DNA of 64,000 bases from Camelus ferus (Eukaryota), in the NCBI RefSeq assembly GCF_009834535.1, contig NC_045697.1, positions 1,552,001-1,616,000 of the forward strand, in the 5' to 3' direction. The first letter of the stretch is position 1. Each line of letters starts with the position of its first letter. Positions 38,057 through 50,190 of this stretch are shown one piece after another. The notes beneath the pieces were generated by a model. That model was given only the letters and a program-made list of their open reading frames with translations. It was not told the DNA's origin and made no database searches. The position numbers were made by a program, and so were the translations under genes.

Positions 38057-40779
38057 ATCATGTCTTTCTTTTTGAAAGATGGAATACATTAGTACAAGCA
38101 GCAGACCTCGTCTGGTTGCTTTCTGCTGGGGGCGCCGGGGAGTGTGGCAGGGAGGGGGCGGGCGGGCAGGCTGGCGGCTGTGCCCCCAAGGGGAACCCAG
38201 GCCACCAGCCCCGGAGCATCCCCGGGTCACCCCAGCAGTGGCTTGGGGTTCCCGGTGCCCTCACTGTCCTCCATATTCAGCAGGTTGTCTGGGGCCCTGG
38301 CGAGCCACACAGGCCCAGGCCCCACCAGAGCCTCAGCGGGCTGCAGTGGGGAGGGCCGAGAGCACAGTGGGGTGGGGGGCCCGGGAGGCAGTCCCTCCGG
38401 GGTGGTCGAGGAAGGCCTAGCGGGGAGCACTGCATTCAGACCTCGGGAGCTGAGGGTGGCAGTGCAAAGAGGGGAGTGGGTCATGGGCTGGGCTTATGTA
38501 GGGGCCTGTAGGCAGGTGCCCATCCAGTTTTGGGGGGTTCATGACCCCTAATAAAACAGTGAAAAACTATAAATATTTAACTAGGTATAAATTAGCAATA
38601 AGGTGAATGGTACCTAAAGTGAAAAAGGAACCCCAGCGTGGCCCCTTCTGAGCTGTTGGCAGTTTGTGGTCTGGCTCCCACTCAGCCCCTAGAACATTCC
38701 GTAGCTCCCACTGCTCCAGCCTCTTGTAAACCTGCCTCTGTGCACGTGTGAGGACACAGTGAGGGCCCATTGGTGAGTGGAGACGTGCCTGGCCCAGCTC
38801 TTAGCCAGAGAGAGGGTGCAAAGGTCTGGCCTCTGGAGACATCCTGGCAGTTGGAGCCACAGGGCTCCCTGGCGGACAGGGTGTGCACCCTGGAAGGGGG
38901 GAGTCTGGGGCGCCCATCACACACCCGGGTGAAGTGTCTGGCCCCTGGGACAGAAAGCCTCAGCTCACCAGCCCGCAATGCAGACAGGACAGTTCCGAGC
39001 CCCAGAACCAGGCGTCGGAGGCAGGTATGGTTGAGGGCATCCTGGAGGTGGAGGAACAGGGAGAGAATGGCCGGGATGGGGCTGCTGGGGTCAAGTTGAG
39101 GCCCAGGGACTGGCCATGGGGCTCCAGTGCTGAGGTGACCTTGACCGGAGCCCAAGGAAGCTGGTCTGCAGGGAGCAGGGAAGGGACCAGTAGGCAGAGG
39201 GGAAGTGGGGTCGAGAGGCTGGCTTGCTTGTTCTGTTTTCTCTGGGTGGGAGAGTGATCTGCAAAGGGAGAAGCTGAGACCACGCGGAGTGGCAGAGACC
39301 CTGCCGCGTCCCCCAGGACCCTGAGGCCGGGCCTCGTGGTGAGAGCAAGGGTGGGGTTCCCGGGTGGGGCCTGTTCTCCCCATGGACAGTCCAGGTCCTG
39401 CCGGGGCTCAGCCCACCTCGGGCCTTGGCTCCCCTGTCTGTGGGGCCACTCTGGCTGCTGAGGAGAACCGCAGGCCCCCAGCGGTGTTGTGAGCAGGGAC
39501 TTCCAGAGCCCCGAGTGGTGAAGGGTCCCTGGGCGCCCCCCACTCAGCCCCCTGGGGGGCCCCACCTGCCATTTCCACGGCCCTGCTCTGCCCAGCGCCC
39601 AGGCCTGCTGGCCCACCTGGACTCTTGGCCCCTCGGACCCAGATTCCTGCAAGCCCCACCAATCGTGCAAGACCCAGCCCTAGCGTTCTGGATCTTTCCT
39701 CAAGGGCACGTCCCTGGACCAGTCCAGTTATCAGGATGGGCTCAGGACCGCTGAGGGGTTCGAGGTGGGTGGAGGGCAGAGGGAGACGCCCAAGCTCAGC
39801 CCTTCTCGGTCCGCGGGGGCGGGCCCAGGCCTCAGCACAGCCGAGCTGGGGACTTGTGCCTGCGGCCCAGCTGTGCCTGCGGGACGTCCGAGTCCTGCTC
39901 CTGGGGGTCCGCCTCCGGGGGAACCTCACGCAGGTCACGATGCTGAGTCATCTTCAGATGAAATAAAGTAACAGCTAGAAGAGAAGCAGTTCAAATGTCC
40001 TTTTACTGAACTCCGCCTACACACGCATCCTTTAAAAACCGTATCACGGCAGCGAGGGTTAGCGCTTAGTTTCATTAGTACGTTGTTTTAAAGGAGATGA
40101 AAGAACTTCCCACAGCTCGTACTGTTTTACTGTCTCAAAGACAGAGTGACGGGTGGGAGTAACTACACCCCAGGCAGTTCCTGACTGTTCGGATCCACCG
40201 TCACAGTAAGAGTGAGCAGCGCCACGGGGCGCGACACAGCACGGCGGGAAGCTGCAGACGGTTCTGAAGTGTGAAGTGAAGAGCGCACCCTCACAACAGC
40301 CCCCGAGCTGCGTGGGGGGGGGCGCCATGTGCCTGGGAGCCGTGCGGAGCGGCGTCGGTCAAGGCGAGGGGCGCGCGCCGGCGCCCGGCCGGGGCTGCGC
40401 CTGGACGGGCCTGCGGACGGCAGTGCCTGGGAAGGGCGAAGCGCCGTGGAAACCGTCCTGCTGTAAACGACTGTAAAACCGAGGGCATTTTCTTAACGGT
40501 GCTTTTGGATGCTGGAAGAGCTAGCCCATGGCATGTTTCCTGGGGGACGGGCAGGGAACAGGTGGAGCCCTCAAGGGCTCCAGCTTCCCGCCTGCAGGCA
40601 GGTTCCAGGCCCCGGCCTCGGGGGAGCCCCGCGGGACTGCTGCGTAGCGGAGGCAGGGGCCAGCAGGCTGGCTGGCGTCTGCGGGGCAGCGTTCCAGCCA
40701 GGACGGGGCCGCACACGGATCTGCAGAGCATCCCCTCGAGTGTACGGATCTGTGCTTGTGTGGCATAAAATTCCATCAG

Positions 40780-41450
40780 TCCAGGGGGAAACCACCAGAG
40801 AGCAGTAGCGCTGAAACAGACTGAGTTTCCAGCAGCTGCGGAGAGACCTGCTGACACGCGGGCGGAATCACCTCGGCAGTGGGGCTGCGTTAGCCCTAGT
40901 GTGGGATCTAAATTTAGCCTCAGAAGGATCAAACAGGTCCTGAGCAACTGAACTGCTAGCAAGAACAAAGTCCAACATTCTTTAAAAAGAAATACAAACT
41001 ACCGTGAGTGACAAACTAAGTAAGACACACGATGACGGAGTCCAGGCAAAAATTAGCAGGCCATGCAAAGAAGGAAAACATAAACCTTAATCAGGAGAAA
41101 TATCAAACAGAAACAGACCTAAAGATGGTGCATCTGCAGACGAAAACCTTAAAAAGGGCTATTACAGATCTCACAAATCTGCTCATAAATATAAAGGCAA
41201 ACATGAACAAGATGAAGAAATGGACGATACAGAAAAGACCCAAAAGAAAAAATCTGAAGTGAAAAATGCCCTGGATACAATTAACAGCAGATTAGAAACC
41301 TCACAAGAAAATGCCTGTGAACTTCATGGCATGGAAACAGAAGCCACCAGCAGTGGGGACATGGCCCGTTGGGCTGCGTCGAGCATTCTGACAGACATGC
41401 GACTGGGGTCCTGGGAGAGGAGGGAACAGAAGGCACCAATTCTAAAATCA
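40780..41450 (+). mobile_element. Old L1M ORF1-region fragment
   Basis: A-rich; translates to EVKNALDTINSRLETSQE, like the ORF1 coiled coil. Confidence 0.6.
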
Positions 41451-41691
41451 GTTCATCATAAAAGCCTGCCGGGGCCGTGACTGAGGCTGTGCTGAGTCTA
41501 CAGACCCGCTGGGGAAGAAACGACATCAGGAGACTCCTGAGCTCCCAGGCTGTGAACGTGGGGTCTGTTCAGAGTTAGCTGCTCTTGAATTTCTCTCAGC
41601 AATATTTTGTAGCTTTTATTAAAGGTTTTGCACACTTTTGATACATTTTTTTCTAAGCATTTAATGTTTCTGACATTCATAAGCAGAGTCA

Positions 41692-42138
41692 CGCATTAGC
41701 TTCCTGGGGCTCCCTTAACAAAGTGCCACAAACTAGGTGCTGAGAACAAATTTACTCTCTCACAGTCCTACAGGATATGAATCGAAATTCCAGGATTGGT
41801 TCCTTCCAGAGGCTGCGAGGAACCATCCGCTCCATGCTGCAATCCCAGCGTCTGGCGGTCACCGGCGATCCTCGGTGCTCCTTGGCCGACAGACGCCCCT
41901 CTCCAGCCCTGCCTCAGGCCTCATGTGGGCTTCTCCCCTGGGCGTGTCTCTGCCCTTTTCCTGTAAGGACACCAGTCATGGGATTTAGGACCCGCCCTAA
42001 TCCAGCATGACGTCACCTTAGGTTAGATCTGCAAAGACTCTATTTCCAAATGAGGTCACATTCACAGGTTCTGGAGTTAGCACTTCAACGTCTTCTGGTC
42101 AGCGTATCCTTTGGCGAGACACAATTCAATCCAGAACA
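41692..42138 (-). mobile_element. MLT1 (MaLR) solo LTR
   Basis: Diagnostic segments aacaaagtgccacaaactagg..tttactctctcacagt, ctctatttccaaatgaggtcacattcacagg, and terminal gacacaattcaatccagaaca. Confidence 0.8.
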
Positions 42139-42139
42139 A

Positions 42140-45100
42140 GTTTTTTTAATTTGCTTTTCCAGTTGTTGCAAATATATAATAAGAAATACAGTAGATTTTT
42201 CATACACTGACTTTGTATCTTGAGTTGGTCAATTTGACTTAATTATTCTAAACTTTTTTCTTAAGATCCCCTAGGATGTTCTACATACATAATCTTGTCA
42301 TCTGAATGGGGACAGTTTTATTTCTCCTTTTCTGATTTTTTATTCTTTCACTCTTTTTTTCCCCTTACTGTGCTACGTAGGACCCCGTGTACAATATGGG
42401 ATTGCAGCAAGGAGCGTGAACACTTTGCCTTGATGAGAACCACAACGAGGACAGCGGTCAGCACTCCACCGTCAGGTATAAAGTCAGCTACAGGTTTGGG
42501 GGACACACACCTTGATCAGATTGAGGAAATTCTTCTGTTCCTAATTTGCTGATTGTTGTTACCATGAGTGGGTACTGAATTTTGTCATATGCTTTTTCTG
42601 CTGCTTCTGAGATGACCATATGGTTTCTCCTCTATTATAATAGTGAATTAGTGGGGGATTTTATAGCAAACAATTTTGTATCCTATAGTAAACATTTCAC
42701 TTGGTTATAATGTATTATCCTTTTTTACATTGCTGAATTCAATTTAACATCTTCTTTAGGATTTTTGCGTCTATGTTCATGAGATAGTGGTCTGTCTTTC
42801 TTTCTTGCCTTCTCTCTCACGTTTTGGTGTCATAAAATGAGCTGGGAAACATTCCCACTTTCTATTCCCTGAGTGTCTGTAGGATTGGTATATCTTTCTT
42901 AGACGTTAGGAAAAATTCACCACTGAAGTCATCTGGGCCTATAATTTTCTTTGTGAAGAGAGGTTTTTTTTTTTTCTTTTTTTAATAATGAGTTTAGAAA
43001 CTCATTATTAAATAGGTGGATTTTTAAATTATTTATTGAAGTACAGTCAGTTACAATGTGTCAATCTTTGGCATACAGCATAATGTCCCAGTCATGCATA
43101 TCTATACATATATTCCTATTCATATTCTTTTTCATTAAAGGTTATTACAAGATACTGAATATAGTTCCCTGTGCTGTACAAAAGAAATTTTTTTAATCTA
43201 TTTTTATATACAGTGGTTAACCTTTGCAAATCTCAAACTCCCAAATTTATCTCTTCCCACCCTTTTCCCCCTCACAACCATAAAATTTACTGTCTGCAAT
43301 TCTGTTTCTGTTTTGTAGATGGGTTCATTATTGTCCTCTTTTTTCTTTTTTTAAGATTCCACATATGAGTGATATCATATGGTATTTTTCTTTCTCTTTC
43401 TGGCTTACTTCACTTAGAATGACAATCTTCAGTTCCATCCATGTTGCTGCAAATGGCATTATGTTATTCTTTTTTATGGCTGAGTAGTATTCCATTGTAT
43501 AAACAGACCACAACTTCTTTATCCAGTCATCTGTCAGTGGACATTAGGTTGCTTCTATGTCCTGACTATTGTAAACAGTGCTGCTATGAACACTGGGGTG
43601 CATGTATCTTTTCAAATTAGAGTTCCCTTCGGATATATACCCAGGAGTGGGATTGCTGGATCAAAAGGTAAGTATTTACAGTTTTTTTTTAAATCTCCAT
43701 ACTGTTTTCCATAATGGCTGCACCAAACTACATTCCCACCAACAATGCAGGAGGGTTTCCTTTTCTCCACAGCCTCTCCAGCATTTATCATTTGTGGACT
43801 TTTTAATGATGGCCATTCTGACTGCTGTGAGATGATACCTCATTATAGTTTTGATTTGCATTTCTCTGATAATTAGCAATATTGAGCATTTTTTCATGTG
43901 CCTACAGGCCATTTGTATGTCTTCATTGGAGAATTGCTTGTTAAGTCTTCTGCTCATTTTTGGATTGGAGATTTTTACCTACAATCTATTTAATGGAAAT
44001 AGGGCTATTCAGGATTTCTATTTCTTCTTGTGCCAGTTTTAGTAAGTTGTGTTTTTCAAGGACTTTATCCATTTCATCAAAGCTGTGAGATTTATCAGCT
44101 TTATAAATTGTTCATACTATCCTCTAAGTATCTTGTTAATATCTAAGTGATCGCTAGTGATGTCCCTCCCTTTTCATTCCTGACATTAACCATTTGTTTT
44201 CTCTTTTTTTCTTATCGGTCATGCTATGGGTATATCAGTTCTATTACTATGTAAAAGAACTAATTCTTGACATTGTTGGTTTTTCCTCTGCTTTCTATTT
44301 CATTGACTTTCACTTTTACTATTTCCTTCTGTCTTACTTGGGTTTAATTTGCAGGCCTTTTCCCAGCTTCCTGCGATGAGCACTTGGATCACTGAAGTTT
44401 ACCCTCTCTTCATTTCTAACACATGCCTTTCGCGCTATGAAACTTCCCTTAATCATCTCTTTAGCTGTGTTCCATACTTCTTAGCAAGTTGTATTTTTAT
44501 TTTCATTCAGCTCAAAATATTTTCTAATCTCCATTGTGATTATTTTTCCCATGGACCGTTTAGAAATATGTTGGAAATTTAGTAGTTATCTTTCTGTTAT
44601 TGAGATATGGTTTAATTTCACTATAGTCAGAGATCATAAATTCAGTGATTCTGTTTTTTGGAATACGCTGTGACTTGTTTTATGGTTCACCAAACTTCTC
44701 TCTTTTGGTAATAAGCATTCTGTGTATACCTGAAAAAAATTATAGTTAGCTTTTGTTGGATGTAATGTTCTAAATTTGAAATCAGACCAAGTAGATTAAT
44801 AGTGTTGGTTAAATCTTCCGTATCCTGGCTTTTCCCCTGCTTGTATCAGTCACTGAGCTAGGTACGTTAAAGCCTCCATGGTTACACATTTGTCAGTTCT
44901 TCTGCTTTGTATTATTACCTCTACACAAGGTTAGGAATGTTGTGTATTCCTGACACACTTGCCCTTGTATCATGATGCAGTGCCGCTCTGCTTCGGGTAG
45001 TATTTTTTGACTTAAAGTCCACTTTCGTCTGATGCTCATGCTCGTGTTGTTTACCGTGGGTGTGGTGTGCCTCTTCTATCTGTTCCAGTCGGGTTCCCAC

Positions 45101-45750
45101 GTTTAAAGTGTATCTTTTGCAATGAGCATACAGGTGAGACATATTTTCGTCTGGTGTGACAATCATTGTCCTTCAATCAGAATGTTTGGTCTGTTTACTT
45201 TTAATGTAATTATGACATAGCTGGGTTTAAGGCTACAGTCTTGCCAACTATCTTCTGTCTCTCACCTCTTCCTCCTTCCTTTAGTTCTCCTAACTTGTCT
45301 TGCTTTGAATTAATAAAAACATTATTTTTCTGTTCTATTAGCTTTTTAATTCAGTAGTTTCATTATTATTTCAGTGGTTACCCTAGAGATTGTCTCCTTA
45401 ATTCATTACGGTCTGCTGTAAGTCAGTGCAAAACCCTTATAACTGTGTAAGTTCATGAAGCACTCCCCACACCCACCTAGAAAGCTCTTGCAGCCACGTC
45501 TGCAACGCTTTAAACCCGCAAGACGTTACTGTCGGAACGGCCACGAGTCATGCACACCTGCCCATTCCCATGCTCTTCCTTCGTTTGCCTTTCTATAGAA
45601 TCACTTCCCTTTAACCTAAAATATTTCCACTGTATACTTACTTCTTGTAGTACAGTCTGCTGGGTATGAATTTTGTTAGCTCGTGTATGTCTGCATCGTC
45701 ATCCTTCATTTCTTACGTCCAGTTTTTTGGGTTTTTTTTTAACTGTACCC
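42140..45750 (-). mobile_element. Old L1M fragment (ORF2 region), interrupted by the younger L1; boundaries approximate
   Basis: T-rich decayed L1 antisense sequence (e.g. tttttgcgtctatgttcatgag, ggaaaaattcaccactgaagtcatctgggcc). Continues from ~41540-41690 across the MLT1 LTR. Confidence 0.7.
43020..43970 (-). mobile_element. 5'-truncated younger L1 (ORF2 C-terminus plus 3'UTR, camelid-like) nested in an older L1
   Basis: Minus-strand ORFs [30 protein letters not shown] and MEYYSAIKKN..FAATWMEL; T-rich tail on the left side. Confidence 0.88.
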
Positions 45751-46439
45751 TGGACTTGCAGTTCACGTGGTGTAAGGTCCTGGATTCCACTACCTGTTTC
45801 TGAAGAAAACCAGATTTTGTTCCAACAGGGCAGTGAATTACTGGCTGGTTGCCTGTTTCCATTTTGTCCCAGGATATCCACTCTACCCCTAAAATGCGGC
45901 CTTTTGAGGGTCTGAGAGGAGAATCCAGGCATTTAGCAGCCACTCTGACCTCCCGGGACTCGGCTTCGAGTCGTCCCCTGGCAGTGCGCAGCCGTGGGGA
46001 GCCCCACTCTGCTCGGCCTGCTTTCCAGCTGCTGTTCTCGCCCCAGAATTTTCAGTCTTACTCCAAACCTGCGCGACTGGAGGCCGGCCACGGATTTGAG
46101 GGCGGCCTTCCTGCGGCTCCCTTCTCTCCGATGCTCCCAGCTATTTCCAGTGCCGAGGGTTCTGCAAACTCCTCCAGCTCCTCAGGGCAGTGAGACGGAG
46201 GCTTTCTGTGGCAGTGATAGCACCTCACAACACAGCCTGATCGCTTCCAGTTGGTTTCCTGGCAAGACGGGTGCTCGGGGAATCCCACAGAGGAGGGGAC
46301 ACCCGAACTGCAGCTGGAGGAGGCTGGAGTAAACGGAAAGGCTGCGAAGAGCGGTGCAGGCCGAGGCAGCAGGTGCTCCCAGCGTTAGCCCTTCATGCTG
46401 ACTCCACACAGGACGTGCAGACCGTGCAGCGACGAACGT

Positions 46440-46575
46440 GCGCTTGGGAGCCAGCTTTGTCACCTAGCTACTGTGTGACTTTGGGCAAGTGACCTTATCC
46501 CTCTGTGCCTCATCATCCACACCCATGCTGAGATGACAGCAGTACCTCCCTCTTGGAATGGCTGTGAGGGTTAAC
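46440..46575 (+). repeat. MIR SINE
   Basis: ctgtgtgactttgggcaagtgaccttatccctctgtgcctca..gctgtgagggttaa. Confidence 0.75.
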
Positions 46576-46885
46576 TGCGTCAACACAGCTGCCCCAGCAA
46601 CCTGACCCCATGGGACGCCGCAAGCAGTCCGCCACCTGCAAGGCTGCTTCCTCCCGCCTCGTTTCCAGCCCGCGACGTCACACCCTGGGCAGGGCTAAAG
46701 CAGGCCAACCACAGAGGCGAAGTGACTGGACCCACCACCGACCCTCTTTTGAGGGCACCAGCAGGTGTCAAACAGTAGGAGTGTTTCTTCTCGCACTGGT
46801 CCAGCCCCTGCCCAGATGGAAATGCTGCCAGGTCCCTGCACCCAGCCCCCAACATGGTCTCAGAGCAGACACTGTAGCAAGTATG

Positions 46886-46891
46886 TTTATT
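46886..46891 (-). terminator. Probable TNIP2 poly(A) signal AATAAA
   Basis: Plus-strand TTTATT about 460 nt past the TNIP2 stop, in an AU-rich patch. Confidence 0.75.
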
Positions 46892-47347
46892 ATAAAAATA
46901 AGTAAATGTGAAATAAATGAGTTGTATCTTCCGGATACACAACAAACACTGCAATGCAATGTCTTTCAGTGCAGACACAGGGCTCTGCGGTGGCCGACGT
47001 GCCGTCACGATGCTGGGCTACACATGCCTCCTGGTGGGGGCGGGGCTTCCACCCTGGGGACCACACACGTGGCCCCACGGCAGCCCACCTCTTCCCAGCA
47101 AGCTGCAGCACCCCCAGGCGCAGCTGGGCAGGGCTGGCGTGCTGGCCTGTGGGCGTTCCTGCACAGACTGTCACAGTCTTGGCCTGATGGCTTGGGAGAC
47201 CGAGCCCCACATCAGAAGCGAAGCTGGGCCTTCCCAGGCACACACGCTCACACCCTCCCCTCTGCCTCCAGCCCCACCGGAAGTTCCCTCTGGCCGAGGA
47301 GGGCCGAGGTGAAGGCTCCAAAGCACCTCCGGCCTGTTCTGGGGTCC

Positions 47348-47611
47348 TCACTGGCAGCACTCGGCCACGTGCCTGAAGAGCTCGTCGCCCTGCTCATCGC
47401 TGAAGCACTGCAGGCAGTGAGGGCACTGGAGGTCCCCCTGGCCTCTCTGGTTCGCTCCGGGGTGCCCGTGCTCCGCAGGGAGTCCCCGCCGCTGGGACCC
47501 TGTCCCAGGCCTCCGGCCACCAGGTGCTGCCAGCTCCAAAGCACCGGCGTCTAAGCGCCTGGGCGTTTTGCTCCCGGCGTGAATCCAGCAGGAGCCTGTC
47601 TCTCGAGAGTC
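47348..47611 (-). CDS. TNIP2: TNIP2/ABIN-2 last coding exon (DSRETGS...DLQCPHCLQCFSDEQGDELFRHVAECCQ*), C-terminal NEMO-like CCHC zinc finger
   Basis: Acceptor ccttttttcTAG|, 264 nt to TGA. Contains the CPHC...H...C motif. Confidence 0.96.
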   Translation of the reverse strand, partial: DSRETGSCWIHAGSKTPRRLDAGALELAAPGGRRPGTGSQRRGLPAEHGHPGANQRGQGDLQCPHCLQCFSDEQGDELFRHVAECCQ

Positions 47612-49069
47612 CTAGAAAAAAGGCAAGGAAGGGTCCACTTACATGGCTGGTCCTGGGCTCCAGCAAGCAGACATATCCGTCGCCGAGTGGGACTGGCACC
47701 TTCCCTGGCGTGGTGCCGCAGCCCAAACAAGGACATGCTTAGTGAACGACTGAGGAGCCACAGAGCTCCTGCCTGTGCTCATGAGGGTCAGGCCTGAGTG
47801 GGTGGAAGTGTGTGGACCCATCAGCCTGAGAGACCCACCCCACACGCCTCCATGGAGAGTGGGAGGCACAGCTCAGGACAGAGAGCCCGGCAAACTGCCC
47901 TCGTCTGTGGGCCCAGGCGCCTCCAGAGACAGCAGGACGTGCCCCTGGCCCAGCCGGCACCCGCGCCCAGACGTCAGTCACGAAGCACCGCGGCCCCGGT
48001 GCTCATCACTGCTTGTTTGGGAACCTCATTCCAGGTGGCCTGGTGTCTGTGCCACACGGGAGTCTGGTTCTTCCCTGGGGCCATGGCTCTCAGCTCACAC
48101 CTTCAATTCCACCGCCCATGGGGGTGTCATCAGGGGCGGAGCAAGGGCACCCAATGCCCGAGGGCACAGGCTGCAGCTGAAAGGGACACAGAGGCCACTT
48201 AGTGCAAATGCCCTAGTCCTCAGCAGGCTCTGGTCACTCCTGTGGCCACCAACAAGGCCCACCAGTTTTGCTGGACGGGGCAGTGCAGGCAGCTCCTACC
48301 GCCCTGAGACTGAGCAGGAGGGACAGCTCCAAGGACAGCTCAGTATCCCCACCCCACCGGGGTGCACAGGTCCCCAGGGCCACCGCCACCGTCCCGTCTG
48401 TGTCAGGACAGACGCTCTTTGGGGGGCCCAAGGTTTGCTCCAGGACAGAATATGTATTCGGTACTCTGAGCAGCTAAAGAAACAAAGCTCTCGTGAGATT
48501 TCTGCAGCACGCCAAGCAGATCCAGGGAGGAGAGGAGGCATGTGGGTAGCAGGTTCTGCAGGGAGAAACCTCCAGTTCCCACTCAGGCCAGGCGTCCTGA
48601 GAAGCAGCCCCCTGGTGGGGACAGCACTGAGCCCAAAGTGAGGTGCAGGGCCCACCGGCCTGCAACGCCGATCTCCATGCCCAGGGGCTCGTTATCAGAC
48701 ACCTGGGGCCTCTGTGTCCACACCTGCGTGACAGTGTGACTGGGGTCCCTGCCTCAGAGCGAGAAGAAGACACGCATGCAGGAAGCTCCCAGGAGGGAGC
48801 CTGAGCTCAGGACATGCCCTCTGGGTGCAGGACATGCGCCAGGCCAGCCACCTCTGCCGTCACACGACATCATGCCAACCCCATCTACAAACAAACATGG
48901 GGAGAAGTGGACAGGTTCCACCACCAAGTCCAAGCCCCGGGCAAGGAGGCTCTGCCCAGAGTGGGGAAGCAGGGTCTGGGCAGACACACGCAGAAGAGCT
49001 TGAAGTTCACGAAAGGAAAAGAAAAGAAGCGCTCAGTCTGGGCGGGAGGAGACGCGCCGCCTGCTCTAC

Positions 49070-49189
49070 CTGCCTCCAGGACGCCCGGGGCTGCAGGGAG
49101 GCCAGCTGTTCCTCCAGCTCCTCAATCCTGCTTTGAGCCCGCTCCCGATCGGCCCTCTCTGATGTGAAGTCATCCTTGTACGCGAGAAT
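49070..49189 (-). CDS. TNIP2: TNIP2 exon 5 (ILAYKDDFTSERADRERAQSRIEELEEQ...WRQ), UBAN/AHD2 ubiquitin-binding motif
   Basis: Acceptor tctcctctCAG|, donor CAG|GTAGAG. DFxxER UBAN signature, 120 nt. Confidence 0.96.
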
Positions 49190-49353
49190 CTGAGAGGAGA
49201 CACACTTAGCTGTCACCACGCTGCTGTTTCTGCTCAAGGAAGGAAAAGTCCCCGCCAGACTTCTCCAGCCTCCCAGCGCCTCCCAGACCTCGGCTCAGAC
49301 TGCCCGACACGGGGCGATCTCACGGCGGGGCTGCCGAGCCCAAGGGGCGGCAC

Positions 49354-49620
49354 CTGCTGCTCCAGCATCTGCACGCGCTCCAGCGCAGCATCCCGCACCC
49401 GCCTCGCGGCCGCCAGCTCCTGCTTCACTTCTGCACAGTCGTTTATTTTCTCCTCCAACTGTCTGTTGAGCCGGGAGATCTCCTTCCTCATCAGCTCGGG
49501 CGGAGAGGGTGTCTCAGGCTCGTGGGGGGCCTGCAGCCCCTGCAGCTGCGCATGGAGGCCCCTCACGTACTCGTCCCTGCTGGCGTCGTAGCGCTGCCAC
49601 TTGGCATTGAGGTCTTCCAC
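49354..49620 (-). CDS. TNIP2: TNIP2 exon 4 ([22 protein letters not shown]...RVQMLEQQ), includes the AHD1 region
   Basis: Acceptor cctcttCAG|, donor CAG|GTGCCG. 267 nt, phase 0/0. Confidence 0.95.
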
Positions 49621-50100
49621 CTGAAGAGGCCGACAAGCTCCTGGTGAAGGCGGCTGAGACATTTGCTCTAAGCCAGTGCTCACCCCGGGGCTATTTATTA
49701 GCAATAATGAGCTGGGTGAGTTTTCCCTTTAAATTAAAGTTGCCTTTGCTCTGTGCAGAGGGGCCACTGAGACCGCCAGACAAACCTAAGACACGGTGAC
49801 GATGGCCACCAGCAACCACCTTAAGCAGAAGTAAACCTGCAGCAATTTTTCTGCCTTAAAGGCTATCCTTGATGGTAATTCTTGTACCTCATTTATCAAC
49901 ATGTGAACTATCATGGAGGGGTGGAGGATGGCCAGGCGTGTTGTGTGCATCCTTTTAGCAAAAATCGGATCTCTGGGGACTATGTGTATCAGCCAAGTTG
50001 GCCCGAGGGCAGCGGGAACCCTGGCACAGCCGAGGAGAGGGCCCGCACCTGCGGTTCATACAGGGAGGCTCTTCCCGTGTTAAGTATTACAGACACTCAC

Positions 50101-50190
50101 GTGAGTCACTTTCTGCTTTAACAGTCGATTTTCTTCCCGTAACTTCTCAACAACAGCGTGGACAGAGGCATCCCCACCTGCACACTTCGG
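50101..50190 (-). CDS. TNIP2: TNIP2 exon 3 (PKCAGGDASVHAVVEKLREENRLLKQKVTH); not in the ORF track
   Basis: Acceptor tctttgtcccttccttaagCAG| (tandem AAGCAG, alternative start 50193), donor CAC|GTGAGT. EENRLLKQKVTH matches TNIP2. Confidence 0.93.

Noticed and set aside
38682..40968. Several 200+ aa overlapping ORFs in the intergenic region
   Set aside because: They overlap on both strands with no homology signal, typical of chance GC-rich frames.
46610..47554. 314-aa plus-strand ORF antisense to the TNIP2 last exon and 3'UTR
   Set aside because: No recognisable domain, low-complexity Ala/Pro/Arg/Ser composition, no splice support. Long open frames are common in GC-rich and antisense-to-CDS DNA.
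47775..48641. 288-aa plus-strand ORF in TNIP2 intron 5
   Set aside because: GTG start, GC-rich intronic sequence, no recognisable motif.
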